This document shows positions 20,718 through 29,733 of a stretch of 64,000 nt of DNA, piece after piece (positions within the stretch are counted from its first letter, which is position 1; each line of letters begins with the position of its first letter). The stretch spans positions 2,191 to 66,190 of the forward strand of contig CAYVHI010000003.1 of NCBI GenBank assembly GCA_964450945.1, read 5' to 3'. A program made the translations under genes and the position numbers. Below the pieces are notes generated by a model. The model worked only from the letters and a program-made list of their open reading frames with translations. It had not been told where the DNA came from and ran no database searches. The stretch is from an uncultured Rickettsiales bacterium. Lineage in GTDB: Bacteria > Pseudomonadota > Alphaproteobacteria > Rickettsiales > JABDBP01.

Positions 20718-21489
20718 AGACATAAAGGTGCACAAAGGCAAAACGCCACTTGTCTGCCTTACCTGCTACAGCACGCCTTTTGCAAAAATATTAGATAAGC
20801 ATGTGGATATATTGCTGGTTGGCGACTCACTCGGCATGGTGCTTTACGGCATGAAAAATACCCGGGGAGTGACTCTTGATATGATGATAAACCACGGCAA
20901 AGCGGTAGTTAATGCTTCGCGAAAAGCCTTTGTAGTGGTGGATATGCCGTTCGGTTCATACCAGAAATCAAAGCAACAGGCATTGGAGAATTGTAGAAGG
21001 GTTATAAAAGAAACTGGCTGTGATGCAGTGAAGATGGAAGGGGGAACAGAACTTGCAAGTACAGTGAAATTCTTGCGCGAAAAAAATATTGAGGTGATGG
21101 GGCATGTTGGGCTGATGCCCCAATATGTAAAGACTGCTAAGGATTATAAATATAAAGGCCGCACGCCTGAAGAGGCAAAAAAAATAATGGCTGATGCAAT
21201 TGCCATAGAAAAATCAGGGGCATTTTCCATAGTGCTTGAAGCAATAGATGAAAAACTGGCGCGGAATATAACAAAGAAACTTTCTATACCAACTATCGGT
21301 ATCGGCGCATCACTGGCATGTGACGGACAGGTGCTGGTTGCAGAAGACATGCTTGGGCTTGACCCAACATTCAAACCAAGATTTGTAAAAAATTATACAA
21401 AACTTAATGAGGCGGTGGAAAAGGCTGTTAAGGAATATACGAAAGAAGTACGGAGCAGAAAATTTCCAAGTAAAGAACATTTGTTTTAA
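20662..21489 (+). CDS. panB: 3-methyl-2-oxobutanoate hydroxymethyltransferase
   Basis: 'L.CLTCYS..FA...D......LVGDSLGMV..G', 'VV.DMPFGSY', 'KMEGG'. This is the only ATG upstream of the conserved N-terminus, and it overlaps the kinase tail by 56 nt. Confidence 0.88.
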   Translation: MPQDNNSNNNQPRNRLSVKDIKVHKGKTPLVCLTCYSTPFAKILDKHVDILLVGDSLGMVLYGMKNTRGVTLDMMINHGKAVVNASRKAFVVVDMPFGSYQKSKQQALENCRRVIKETGCDAVKMEGGTELASTVKFLREKNIEVMGHVGLMPQYVKTAKDYKYKGRTPEEAKKIMADAIAIEKSGAFSIVLEAIDEKLARNITKKLSIPTIGIGASLACDGQVLVAEDMLGLDPTFKPRFVKNYTKLNEAVEKAVKEYTKEVRSRKFPSKEHLF

Positions 21490-22574
21490 GAAGCTTTTTT
21501 CTTTTTACCGCCATTCTGGCGGAATTCGGTAGCGGATTTCCCGGTATATTCCTTGAAAACGCGGTTGAATGAAGTGATGCTGGTAAAGCCTGTATCAACG
21601 GCAATGGTTGTTATGGATTTTTTTGTCTCCCTTAACATTTCCTTGGCTTCTTTCATGCGCAATTCGTTAGTAAGTTCACGGAAACTTTTTTTAAATTTCC
21701 AGTTCATAACTTTTGATAGGGTGTGTTCATTAACTTTTAATTTTTGTGCCAATTGCTTGCGTGAAAAACCGACCTGGCGGTAAATATTTTCCTTCATCAG
21801 CATATTTTCTATTTTTGCAGCAAGGTTTTTTTCCTTATCAGTGGGTATCCATATGCGCTGAAGTGATTCAAGCTGGAAGCTTTTCGAAAACACCCTGAAT
21901 ATGGAAGAAAGGACAAGATAGATAAAAACAATTCCTATCATGGTGCGTATAAATAGAGCATCTGGTTTTGGCACTTTTAATAAAATTTCGGCAAGATAGG
22001 TTGAGATGGTGATAAGATTAAACATCACCAGTGCGATTATCAGCCAATATTTTGATTTCTTATTTATATCTGCGCTGTCAATGGCGTGTGATTTACGTGA
22101 TATGGTTACCATGAGTAAAAGGAAAACCAGTGCTGTGCCGAACACATGATATAAGTTCATGAGATAAGAAGTATAGAAACAACTGTAGTTCGGAATGCAA
22201 ACTTCCTTGTAGTTAAGAAATAGATAGGTAAAAGAACCGGCGCCAATTATAGGCAAAGTGAGGATAAGGAAATATGGCCATGGTGGCACACGCCCGAGCA
22301 GGCATTGCATGATAAGCAGAAAACTTGCTTCAGGGAGCATGTTTTCTGTCATCACGAAGAAAGACCTTAATACAAATTTAAATGAAATCTGTGCTTCCGC
22401 CAGCGGCAGAAGGTGGACGGCAAAACTGCTGCCAAGGCAGATGAAATAAAAGAAAGGCAGAATAATGCTGAAAAAATTCTTAAATGAAGAGAGCAGATAT
22501 ATAAGCATGAACATGCAGGGAAGCAGCGCTGCAAGCTGTAATCCTTGGGTTATATTTAATGTAAGATTATACAT
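21486..22574 (-). CDS. Membrane-integrated AraC/XylS-family transcriptional regulator
   Basis: About 230 aa of predicted TM helices are followed by an AraC HTH: 'LAQKLKVNEHTLSKV', 'ITTIAVDTGFTSITSFNRVFKEYTGKSATEFR'. Confidence 0.75.
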   Translation of the reverse strand: MYNLTLNITQGLQLAALLPCMFMLIYLLSSFKNFFSIILPFFYFICLGSSFAVHLLPLAEAQISFKFVLRSFFVMTENMLPEASFLLIMQCLLGRVPPWPYFLILTLPIIGAGSFTYLFLNYKEVCIPNYSCFYTSYLMNLYHVFGTALVFLLLMVTISRKSHAIDSADINKKSKYWLIIALVMFNLITISTYLAEILLKVPKPDALFIRTMIGIVFIYLVLSSIFRVFSKSFQLESLQRIWIPTDKEKNLAAKIENMLMKENIYRQVGFSRKQLAQKLKVNEHTLSKVMNWKFKKSFRELTNELRMKEAKEMLRETKKSITTIAVDTGFTSITSFNRVFKEYTGKSATEFRQNGGKKKKAS

Positions 22575-22580
22575 GATTTC

Positions 22581-23300
22581 CTATTCATTTTTATTTTCTG
22601 CCGGCGCAATTTCTTTTAATCTTTCCTTCAGGAAATAATTCATGAAATTCTTTTCCTGCTCAGAAATATTATCGTAATTCTCAAGTATATCCTTAACTAT
22701 ATTTGCAGCCTGCTCTTTCTCGCCCATATCGGCGAGCAGGAATGCCGGCATCTGCCGCGCCCAGAATGGAATATTCTCTATGTTTTTAAGTTTCTGAGCT
22801 ATTACTAATGCAAGATTCTCATCTTCCAGTTTATATTTTGCTATTATTACTGCCTGAACCAGCCACCACCATTTCTTTTCAGGATCGCGCATGGAATGCT
22901 CTTCCAGATAATCGATTACATAGCGGGTATCAGGTTTATACTGTGTGTTGCTATAATAGTAAGCTGCCATGGATGGTATGTAGTTGGACTGGCTATCAAG
23001 ACTATCCAGCAGGCGGAACCACTTGCTGAGTTTACTGTAATCATAAAGGCGGAGCGCAGTGAATCTTCCAAAACTATCGCCAGCGTTCTGGATATTAAAC
23101 CCGAGCCAGCGGAAATAAAATTGTTCATCGCCGAAAGATAAAGCCTTTACGGTGGTTTCTCCTGGAACTTCGGGGACTATCGCAATATCAGGTTTTATGG
23201 TTTTTGTGTGTGACCACAGGAGAAGCTGCAACAGGAAAAATAATAAAATCAGATAATTTCTTTTATAAAAATCTAAGGTGATAGGGTAATTGATTTTCAT
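22581..23300 (-). CDS. Hypothetical membrane-anchored protein (239 aa)
   Basis: N-terminal TM 'LILLFFLLQLLLW' and a helical, Trp-rich body. Start is adjacent to the stop of the upstream gene. Confidence 0.45.
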   Translation of the reverse strand: MKINYPITLDFYKRNYLILLFFLLQLLLWSHTKTIKPDIAIVPEVPGETTVKALSFGDEQFYFRWLGFNIQNAGDSFGRFTALRLYDYSKLSKWFRLLDSLDSQSNYIPSMAAYYYSNTQYKPDTRYVIDYLEEHSMRDPEKKWWWLVQAVIIAKYKLEDENLALVIAQKLKNIENIPFWARQMPAFLLADMGEKEQAANIVKDILENYDNISEQEKNFMNYFLKERLKEIAPAENKNE

Positions 23301-24062
23301 TTAAAATTGTTTGCGTTTAAAATCTGAAATTGCCATCAATAATAGAAATGGTATGTAGATCGCCGCCTGAAATACAAAAACCCATAAATGATCATCTGCC
23401 CCAGGGCCGTATATAAGCCATTTGCTCTTGCCGAACAGATCAAGCCGTGGAAGCACAGTGGAAACCACTAGCATTAGTTTACTCATGAACCAGCTGGCAC
23501 TGAAGACTTCAAATAAGTAGTTATGTATAAGCATGAGGAAGAATCCCATGATGCGTGCGATGAAATAAAAACCAAAACTTGCCAGAACAGAGCTGACTGC
23601 GCTTTTCAAGATCAAAGAAATGAAAAGTGAGAAAGCCACTACTATAAATGCTTCAAACAAAAGACTGATACTCCAGAATATAAGGCCGCCGAAATCAGGA
23701 GATGAAAAAACCGGTACCGCAAGGGTGACTGGTATAACTAAAAAACAGGACAGCACAGCAAACCCAAGCCAGTAGGAAAATACAAATGTTGGCCTGGAGA
23801 TGGGGCGTGAAAGTATAAGTTCAACCTCCCGGTTATCAAATGCCCGGCGTACATGGAAACATACGAATACCATAAGCCCGACCAAAAGTATCATGCGTGA
23901 GGAGCTGGTTATGTATGAAAGTATCATCTGCCCTTCTTCGGTTACCGCTGTTCCACCTAGCAAGGATGATATTGAAATGGCAAAAATTATGGCAATGAAT
24001 AAGGCTATAAACAGCCAATCCCTAACCGCAGTGAGCAATATATAACGCGTTGTAGTAAACAT
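23301..24062 (-). CDS. Polytopic membrane protein, ABC-2-type permease-like
   Basis: Six or so TM segments. 'EVELILSRPISR' resembles the conserved E-x-L-x-x-P-x-x-R of ABC-2 permeases. No ATPase lies adjacent. Confidence 0.5.
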   Translation of the reverse strand: MFTTTRYILLTAVRDWLFIALFIAIIFAISISSLLGGTAVTEEGQMILSYITSSSRMILLVGLMVFVCFHVRRAFDNREVELILSRPISRPTFVFSYWLGFAVLSCFLVIPVTLAVPVFSSPDFGGLIFWSISLLFEAFIVVAFSLFISLILKSAVSSVLASFGFYFIARIMGFFLMLIHNYLFEVFSASWFMSKLMLVVSTVLPRLDLFGKSKWLIYGPGADDHLWVFVFQAAIYIPFLLLMAISDFKRKQF

Positions 24063-24074
24063 AAATCCTTTGTC

Positions 24075-24193
24075 ATAAGTTATAAATTTATTTTCTACGT
24101 TGCGTACTACGATTCACTATGCTCACGTACGTTTTATAGTACGCTCTGCTAGCTCGTCTTGTACTCCTAGTATTAAATAAATTTATAACTTAT
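24075..24193 (+). repeat. Family-1 nested-hairpin intergenic repeat, copy A
   Basis: Perfect 18-bp outer arms 'ataagttataaatttatt' (24075-24092) and 'aataaatttataacttat' (24176-24193). Core is 'gctcacgtac-gttttata-gtacgctc...cttgtactcctagta'. Confidence 0.8.
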
Positions 24194-24215
24194 TAGACTA
24201 ACTACAGTGAAATTA

Positions 24216-26027
24216 TTAGAATTTCAAGGGGCGAGGATCGTTTGAAAATTTATTATAAAGTTCCTTGTCGGTTTTTTCAACATTACTTGCTGAGCCAGGA
24301 ATGAGAGTGGCTTTGATGAATATTACGGTTTCTATGGTTTCAGTAAAATCATCCCTGCTATTGAAAAGCCGCCCGGCAATAGGTAGCTGATTAAGTCCCG
24401 GAACGCCGCTTTCATTGTTTTTCGTACGGTTTTCCATCAATCCACCGATAACCATCACCTGACCACTTCTTATTTTTAAGATTGAATCCAGTTCTCTTAC
24501 TTCAATAACCGGGACTTCATTTTTGATACTAGTAGAACCAAGTTTTTGGGCAATGATGGCGGCACCAGGATCAACAACTGTTCCGGTAATGCGTGATAGC
24601 GTAGGGCGGATATTCATGGTAATTTCATTAGTCTGCAAGTTGATAGAAGGTTGCAGAGTTAATATTACGCCGATAGGAACGGTGTTGAGAGTACTTGTTA
24701 TTTTACTTCTGTCTTGCTGGGTGCCGCCTGCGCTTGTATCAGTTCGTTCTTCAAGTTCTATTGTGAAGTAAACAGAGTTTTTGGCAAAAGTAAGCACGGC
24801 CTGCTGATTGTTAATTGCGTTAATACGCGGGCTGGAAAGAGTGCGGGTTGTACCAAATTGCTCCGTAAACGTTGCTACTGCATCTAAACTTATATTATCT
24901 AAACCAAACAATTCATTTTTTACGACATTTACAGTTAGTAAATCTGTTAAACTATCGGTAGGTGTAGAAAAATCTCCCGGTGAATCAAATTCAAAACTTT
25001 TTGAACTAATGGTATTCCATTTAATGCCATTTTTATAGGCATCACTTAATGAGACTTCCAGAATCTTTGCTTCAATCAAGACCTGAGCGGACTGGGCAAC
25101 TTTTATGCTATCGAGATATTTTTTAACTTCACGGTGTTTACGCTCAGTTGCCATGACAGTGACAACACCGGCCTGACGGTTTATATTCACAAAGCTGCCC
25201 GGCGCTTGTTTTGATGGGTCTGGCACGCCGCCTGCGGCAAGCAAGGCTGGGTCTATAGGTGAAGATTTGATAAGTAAACCGGTGCTTGTGCCGGTATAGC
25301 TTGTCAGTATTGTAGCAACCCCGGTTTCTATGGATTTCCATATATCACTGTCATAGTTGGATTTCAGGAGATTTTTTGAACCGGTGGAGAAACTATCTCC
25401 ACCACCACCACTTCCAGTAGCTGCACCGCTGGCTGCACCTGAACTTGCCCCACCACTTGCCTTGGCAGAAAGTACTTTAGTGCTGATATTGACTTCACCC
25501 GAATTGGAACGGATGATATTTAAGAAATCGACGGGATAATTTACGATATATGGCGAATCAATGCTTATCTTCAATATACCGTTCTTCATGGAATATTTAA
25601 GGCCGGCCAGCTCGGATACCCTTTCTATTACTTCAGAAAATGGCCTGTCTTTTGCCCTGAAAATTATGCCGCCCTGGATTCCCGGATCAATTTCTATATC
25701 AATATCGGCCTTCCTTGATAACTCCATGAAAACTTCTTTAATAGGAATTTCTTCGGTAACGGAAATTGTTATTAGTTTATCTTCCGGAAGTTCCGGTGGC
25801 GGCATTATTATATCTGAAATGTCTGGTACAGGAGGGATCGTTGGTGTTTCTGATGAAGAACTTTCAGCAGGTTCTTTATTTTTTCCTATACTCTTATAGT
25901 CTTCTCTTGTTAAGGAAAGTTCATTATCAATGATAGAAGGGTTTGATATTTCCCGGTAATCCCTACACGACGAGGAAAGGAGAAAGCACGAGGCTGCAAC
26001 TAAACTATAAATTATCTTTCTCATCAC
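24216..26027 (-). CDS. Type IV pilus secretin, lipoprotein type (PilQ/MshL-like)
   Basis: Lipobox 'LLSSSC'. Secretin C-domain: 'VLIEAKILEVSLSD', 'PVIEVRELDSILKIRSGQVMVIGGLM', 'VPGLNQLPIAGRLF', 'ETVIFIKATLI'. Confidence 0.85.
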   Translation of the reverse strand: MMRKIIYSLVAASCFLLSSSCRDYREISNPSIIDNELSLTREDYKSIGKNKEPAESSSSETPTIPPVPDISDIIMPPPELPEDKLITISVTEEIPIKEVFMELSRKADIDIEIDPGIQGGIIFRAKDRPFSEVIERVSELAGLKYSMKNGILKISIDSPYIVNYPVDFLNIIRSNSGEVNISTKVLSAKASGGASSGAASGAATGSGGGGDSFSTGSKNLLKSNYDSDIWKSIETGVATILTSYTGTSTGLLIKSSPIDPALLAAGGVPDPSKQAPGSFVNINRQAGVVTVMATERKHREVKKYLDSIKVAQSAQVLIEAKILEVSLSDAYKNGIKWNTISSKSFEFDSPGDFSTPTDSLTDLLTVNVVKNELFGLDNISLDAVATFTEQFGTTRTLSSPRINAINNQQAVLTFAKNSVYFTIELEERTDTSAGGTQQDRSKITSTLNTVPIGVILTLQPSINLQTNEITMNIRPTLSRITGTVVDPGAAIIAQKLGSTSIKNEVPVIEVRELDSILKIRSGQVMVIGGLMENRTKNNESGVPGLNQLPIAGRLFNSRDDFTETIETVIFIKATLIPGSASNVEKTDKELYNKFSNDPRPLKF

Positions 26028-26111
26028 TAAAAATAAATTCCTGCGTTTATAGATATAACCTAAACCATTAACATACTAAAAAATTAAGAAAAATTAAATA
26101 CCAAAATTGAT

Positions 26112-26867
26112 TCAGGTAAGATAAAAAAGATTCTTCATTTCAGGGATAAGCAGGCATAAAAGCAGAGCAACCGCCAATGCCGGGCCGAAAGGAAACTCAG
26201 ATTCTTTTTTTATCTTTTGCCAAAAGAATCCAAGCATTGTGCCTAATATGCCACTAATCAGCATGAATGGAACGAACATCCATACACCTAAAAACAATCC
26301 TGCAATGGTAAAAAATTTTACATCACCAAGACCAAGCGATTCACGCTTCTTCCATTTAAAGAAAACCCAGCGCAGGGAAAACGAAATTACAAAACCCAAC
26401 ACCATTCCTGCAAATGAATCAATAAAATCACGTCCGGAAAAGAACGCATAAATTATAGCAAGTACAGAAAGAACTATTTGCAATGAATCAGGGATTATTT
26501 TGTGTTCTAAATCTATGTTAACAATAATTAACAACAACAGGGCGGTTGGTATGATTATAAAAGTTTCTACGCTTATTCCAAATTTTAGATAAATTGTAAC
26601 AAATAAAAATGCAGAAATTATTTCAAGGATAAGATAGCTGGAACTTATGTTTTTTTTGCAGTATCTGCACTTTCCTGAAGTTAAAAGCCATGATATCAGG
26701 GGTATAAGATCATAGTACTTAAGGGGATTCTTGCACTTAGGGCAGTATGACCTTCCAAGCCAGATCTGCTCACCTTTTGGGATGCGGAAAATAGCAACGG
26801 AGGCAAAACTGCCGCAGGCCAGTCCTGTAATGAATATTAGGGATATTAATATGAGTTCGTGGACCAT
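26112..26867 (-). CDS. pilD: Prepilin peptidase / N-methyltransferase (A24 family)
   Basis: 'CPKCKNPL...CRYCKK' zinc-like motif, with catalytic Asp motifs 'DLEHKIIPD' and 'GLGDVKF'. Confidence 0.9.
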   Translation of the reverse strand: MVHELILISLIFITGLACGSFASVAIFRIPKGEQIWLGRSYCPKCKNPLKYYDLIPLISWLLTSGKCRYCKKNISSSYLILEIISAFLFVTIYLKFGISVETFIIIPTALLLLIIVNIDLEHKIIPDSLQIVLSVLAIIYAFFSGRDFIDSFAGMVLGFVISFSLRWVFFKWKKRESLGLGDVKFFTIAGLFLGVWMFVPFMLISGILGTMLGFFWQKIKKESEFPFGPALAVALLLCLLIPEMKNLFYLT

Positions 26868-26956
26868 ATACTGATAGAATAATTACTGTACTTTAGGTAT
26901 AATATAACTTAAAACTTGCACTTGGATATTAGTATATTAATGGTGTAAATAAAGAA

Positions 26957-28402
26957 ATGAAAAAACGCCTTAAAAATTCAATGCGTGGTTTTACATTAAT
27001 ACAGCTTGCTGTAATACTTACCATAGTTTCAGTTGTTTTGACCGGCTTTCTCAATATAGGCTCCTACCAGACAAAAAGACACGAAACTGCAAAAACAGAA
27101 AGAAAAATCGGTAAAGTCATAGAGGCAGTAAAAGAAAGCATATCTGGCCAGGTGAATTTGGGAGCGGGCGGGGCAGGCGGAACCGGGATAGGAATCCCAT
27201 GCCCGGCAGAACCGCTGCCAAAGAACCATGCTAATTTTGGAATATCAAACTGTAATTTTGATCCTTACTCAGTAAGGGATACTTATGGAATATTAACTGG
27301 TGCAGTTCCGGTAAACACCCTGAAGATACCTTATGATATGGCTTATGATGAAAACGGCAACCTTCTTGAATATGTTATGACATATGCATTAAGGACAAAT
27401 ACCGGGCTTGGTGGTGTGGGAGAAGGGAACATAACAGTTATGTTCCCTGGTAGTGATATTCCGGCAGAAGATAAGGCTGCACTTGTTGTTTTCGCTCACG
27501 GTGAAAATGGTACAGGGGCGATGGTTGAGGGCGGTGATGGTGAAAGGCACCCCGGTATAATAAACGATGAAGCAGCTATAGAAAATTTCAACTGTTCGGG
27601 AGGAATAAGTTCTAACAATATTGGCGGAATGCTATGTGGTGGCGGGTATAATAATATTTTCATCAAGCAGGCCCCTAATAAGTATCTAACGAAAAGCACG
27701 AAATTTGACCAGTTATTGGAATATCAGACAGTTTGCCATCTGCTTACCGGAAGGGATTGGGAAGGTTGTTTTGTAGGTTATGCTGATGCTGGCGGCTCTG
27801 ATGGTGGAGGCGCCGGTGGCGCTGCCGGCGGTGCTTCCGGATGCCCTGCAGGTGAAGGTTACTGGGGAGATCCATGTATGGGTAATGGCACACCAACTGG
27901 TGAAGGATATCCTGACCCGCCTGGGGCGCCGCCAGGATATACATGTTGCCAGGCAAGCTTCTACTGCGCCGACCCTAATACCACAAGCCCTACTACGCCG
28001 CCCGATAAATGTGTTGCTGACGTTGGCATACCGGGAGAATGTACATACTTTGATGATGTTGATACGAGTTGCCTTACCGGCGGTGCACCAGGCGGTGGTG
28101 CTGGTGGAGGTGGTTGTGTAACTCATGATGATTGTACTGGCGAACCGGGAAATGTTTGTTGTTTCTCCGGTACATGCATGACATGTTATGGCGGTCCATG
28201 TCAAATGGATAAAGATTGTTACAAAAGCAAAAACAACTTGGTATGCTGTGCAGGTACATGTGCTTATCAATCATGTACCTGTACACCTACTTGTACTGAT
28301 GGAACGCAATGCGGAAGCAGTACAGAGTGTGTTAACAACTGCTGCGACAGTTTTACAGGAACCTGCGTTACACCACCCCCAACAGGGATGTGCTTACCTT
28401 AA
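26957..28402 (+). CDS. Giant pilin-like protein (481 aa) with class-III signal and Gln at mature position +5; Gly- and Cys-rich C-terminal half
   Basis: 'MKKRLKNSMRG|FTLIQLAVILTIVSVV' prepilin motif. 'YDENGNLLEYV' echoes the pseudopilin DPWGN-x-Y motif. 34 Cys by my count, 20 of them in the last ~95 aa. Confidence 0.75.
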   Translation: MKKRLKNSMRGFTLIQLAVILTIVSVVLTGFLNIGSYQTKRHETAKTERKIGKVIEAVKESISGQVNLGAGGAGGTGIGIPCPAEPLPKNHANFGISNCNFDPYSVRDTYGILTGAVPVNTLKIPYDMAYDENGNLLEYVMTYALRTNTGLGGVGEGNITVMFPGSDIPAEDKAALVVFAHGENGTGAMVEGGDGERHPGIINDEAAIENFNCSGGISSNNIGGMLCGGGYNNIFIKQAPNKYLTKSTKFDQLLEYQTVCHLLTGRDWEGCFVGYADAGGSDGGGAGGAAGGASGCPAGEGYWGDPCMGNGTPTGEGYPDPPGAPPGYTCCQASFYCADPNTTSPTTPPDKCVADVGIPGECTYFDDVDTSCLTGGAPGGGAGGGGCVTHDDCTGEPGNVCCFSGTCMTCYGGPCQMDKDCYKSKNNLVCCAGTCAYQSCTCTPTCTDGTQCGSSTECVNNCCDSFTGTCVTPPPTGMCLP

Positions 28403-28407
28403 GGTAG

Positions 28408-29601
28408 TTGATTATGAACAAATATAATAAAGCATTTACGATGGTGGAACTTTCTATTGTGCTGGGCATCATAGCGCTTTTGATTGGAACATCGGTATCG
28501 CTTGGCTCAGCGCGGATAAATGTTGAGAAAGCGCGCCAGACCCAGCAGAAGATGGAAGTGATAATAGAGAATCTTAAACGCTATATTTCAACCGGAGGTA
28601 ATTATATTGTAAACGGTGTTCCATGTCCGGCACGTGCCGACCTGCCTGATACAAACGCTGCTTTCGGGGTTGAAGATTGTGTATCAGGATCTGGCGCTTT
28701 TGCAAATGGTATATATATAGATGGTGGCCAGGCGACTTTCAGGGTTGGCCAGGTTCCTAACCGAACCATACTTCTGCCTGATGAATATGTGTATGATGGC
28801 TGGGGAAATAAATTTGACTGGGTTATGGATACACGCTACCGGCTGGGGTCAGATTTGCAGGGTGGTGCCGGCACAGAAACAAACCTTATTGAAATAAGGC
28901 CAACACAAGCTGGTGCAGCCATTACCCAAAGCGCAATATTCATGATCATGAGTCACGGCCCTTCCGGTCACGGGGCGTGGAAAAAGAACGGCAGCAGCCG
29001 TATTGACAAAAACGGCCTTATTGCTGATGTAGATAAAATAGAAAATACTTTATGCAATGCCGGTGTTGCAGTTGAGTGTGACGGTGCCGCCCAGAGGGTT
29101 TTTGTAATAAAAGCTGTAAACAGCACGTTTGATGATATTGCTATATATAAAATGCGCTGGCAGCTTATTCCTGCAGTTACCGGCGGTGGCATAATACGCC
29201 ACCCGATAGCGGCATGCAACCGCCCTAACCCTTCTGCTGCCGGTACTGACCAGACTTATGCCTGCCCTACTGACCCACGCAACTGCGTGCCAGCAGCAAT
29301 GGGCAATCAAATGGGTGCATATGCCAGCAGGTTTGTTAATAATGGTGTTAATGGCTGTACTAATGCAACTGGTTGCTGGGAACAATATGAAGCCAGGAAT
29401 GAAACGAATACTGCTATTGGTTCAGATACATATAGATATATGTGTATAGCCCCAGATGGCAGCCCTGTGTTATGCAAGGCAACAGTTAGCGCACTTGCGG
29501 ATGGTGTTGCAATGGCACCTGAAACATGGCTGGAAAGGAATGCTACAGTTACTCCTAACAGAGATAATACTGTAGGTGATTGTATCTGGTGGCAGTATTA
29601 A
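28408..29601 (+). CDS. Large pilin-like protein (397 aa), paralog of the preceding gene
   Basis: 'NKA|FTMVELSIVLGIIALLIG' has Ala at -1 and Glu at +5. Blocks shared with the 481-aa protein: 'G(I/V)PCPA...NA.FG(I/V).(N/D)C', 'YDGWGNKFDWVM', '(A/S)HG..G.GA'. 12 Cys. Confidence 0.75.
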   Translation: MIMNKYNKAFTMVELSIVLGIIALLIGTSVSLGSARINVEKARQTQQKMEVIIENLKRYISTGGNYIVNGVPCPARADLPDTNAAFGVEDCVSGSGAFANGIYIDGGQATFRVGQVPNRTILLPDEYVYDGWGNKFDWVMDTRYRLGSDLQGGAGTETNLIEIRPTQAGAAITQSAIFMIMSHGPSGHGAWKKNGSSRIDKNGLIADVDKIENTLCNAGVAVECDGAAQRVFVIKAVNSTFDDIAIYKMRWQLIPAVTGGGIIRHPIAACNRPNPSAAGTDQTYACPTDPRNCVPAAMGNQMGAYASRFVNNGVNGCTNATGCWEQYEARNETNTAIGSDTYRYMCIAPDGSPVLCKATVSALADGVAMAPETWLERNATVTPNRDNTVGDCIWWQY

Positions 29602-29723
29602 ACTAATTATTATTGCCAATTTTTGCGTCACTTTGTTTTTTTATAATCCTCATGTACTTTTTTGTACACTCCGGTTATAAAAAAACTTCAGCTCCTAAAA
29701 CTTGTCTAATAATAATTAGTTTA
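29599..29723 (+). repeat. Family-1 nested-hairpin intergenic repeat, copy D
   Basis: Perfect 16-bp arms 'taaactaattattatt' and 'aataataattagttta'. Core is 'aatcctcatgtac-tttttt-gtacactccggtt...gctcctaaaact'. The left arm begins with the pilin-like gene's TAA. Confidence 0.8.
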
Positions 29724-29733
29724 TTTTACCTAT

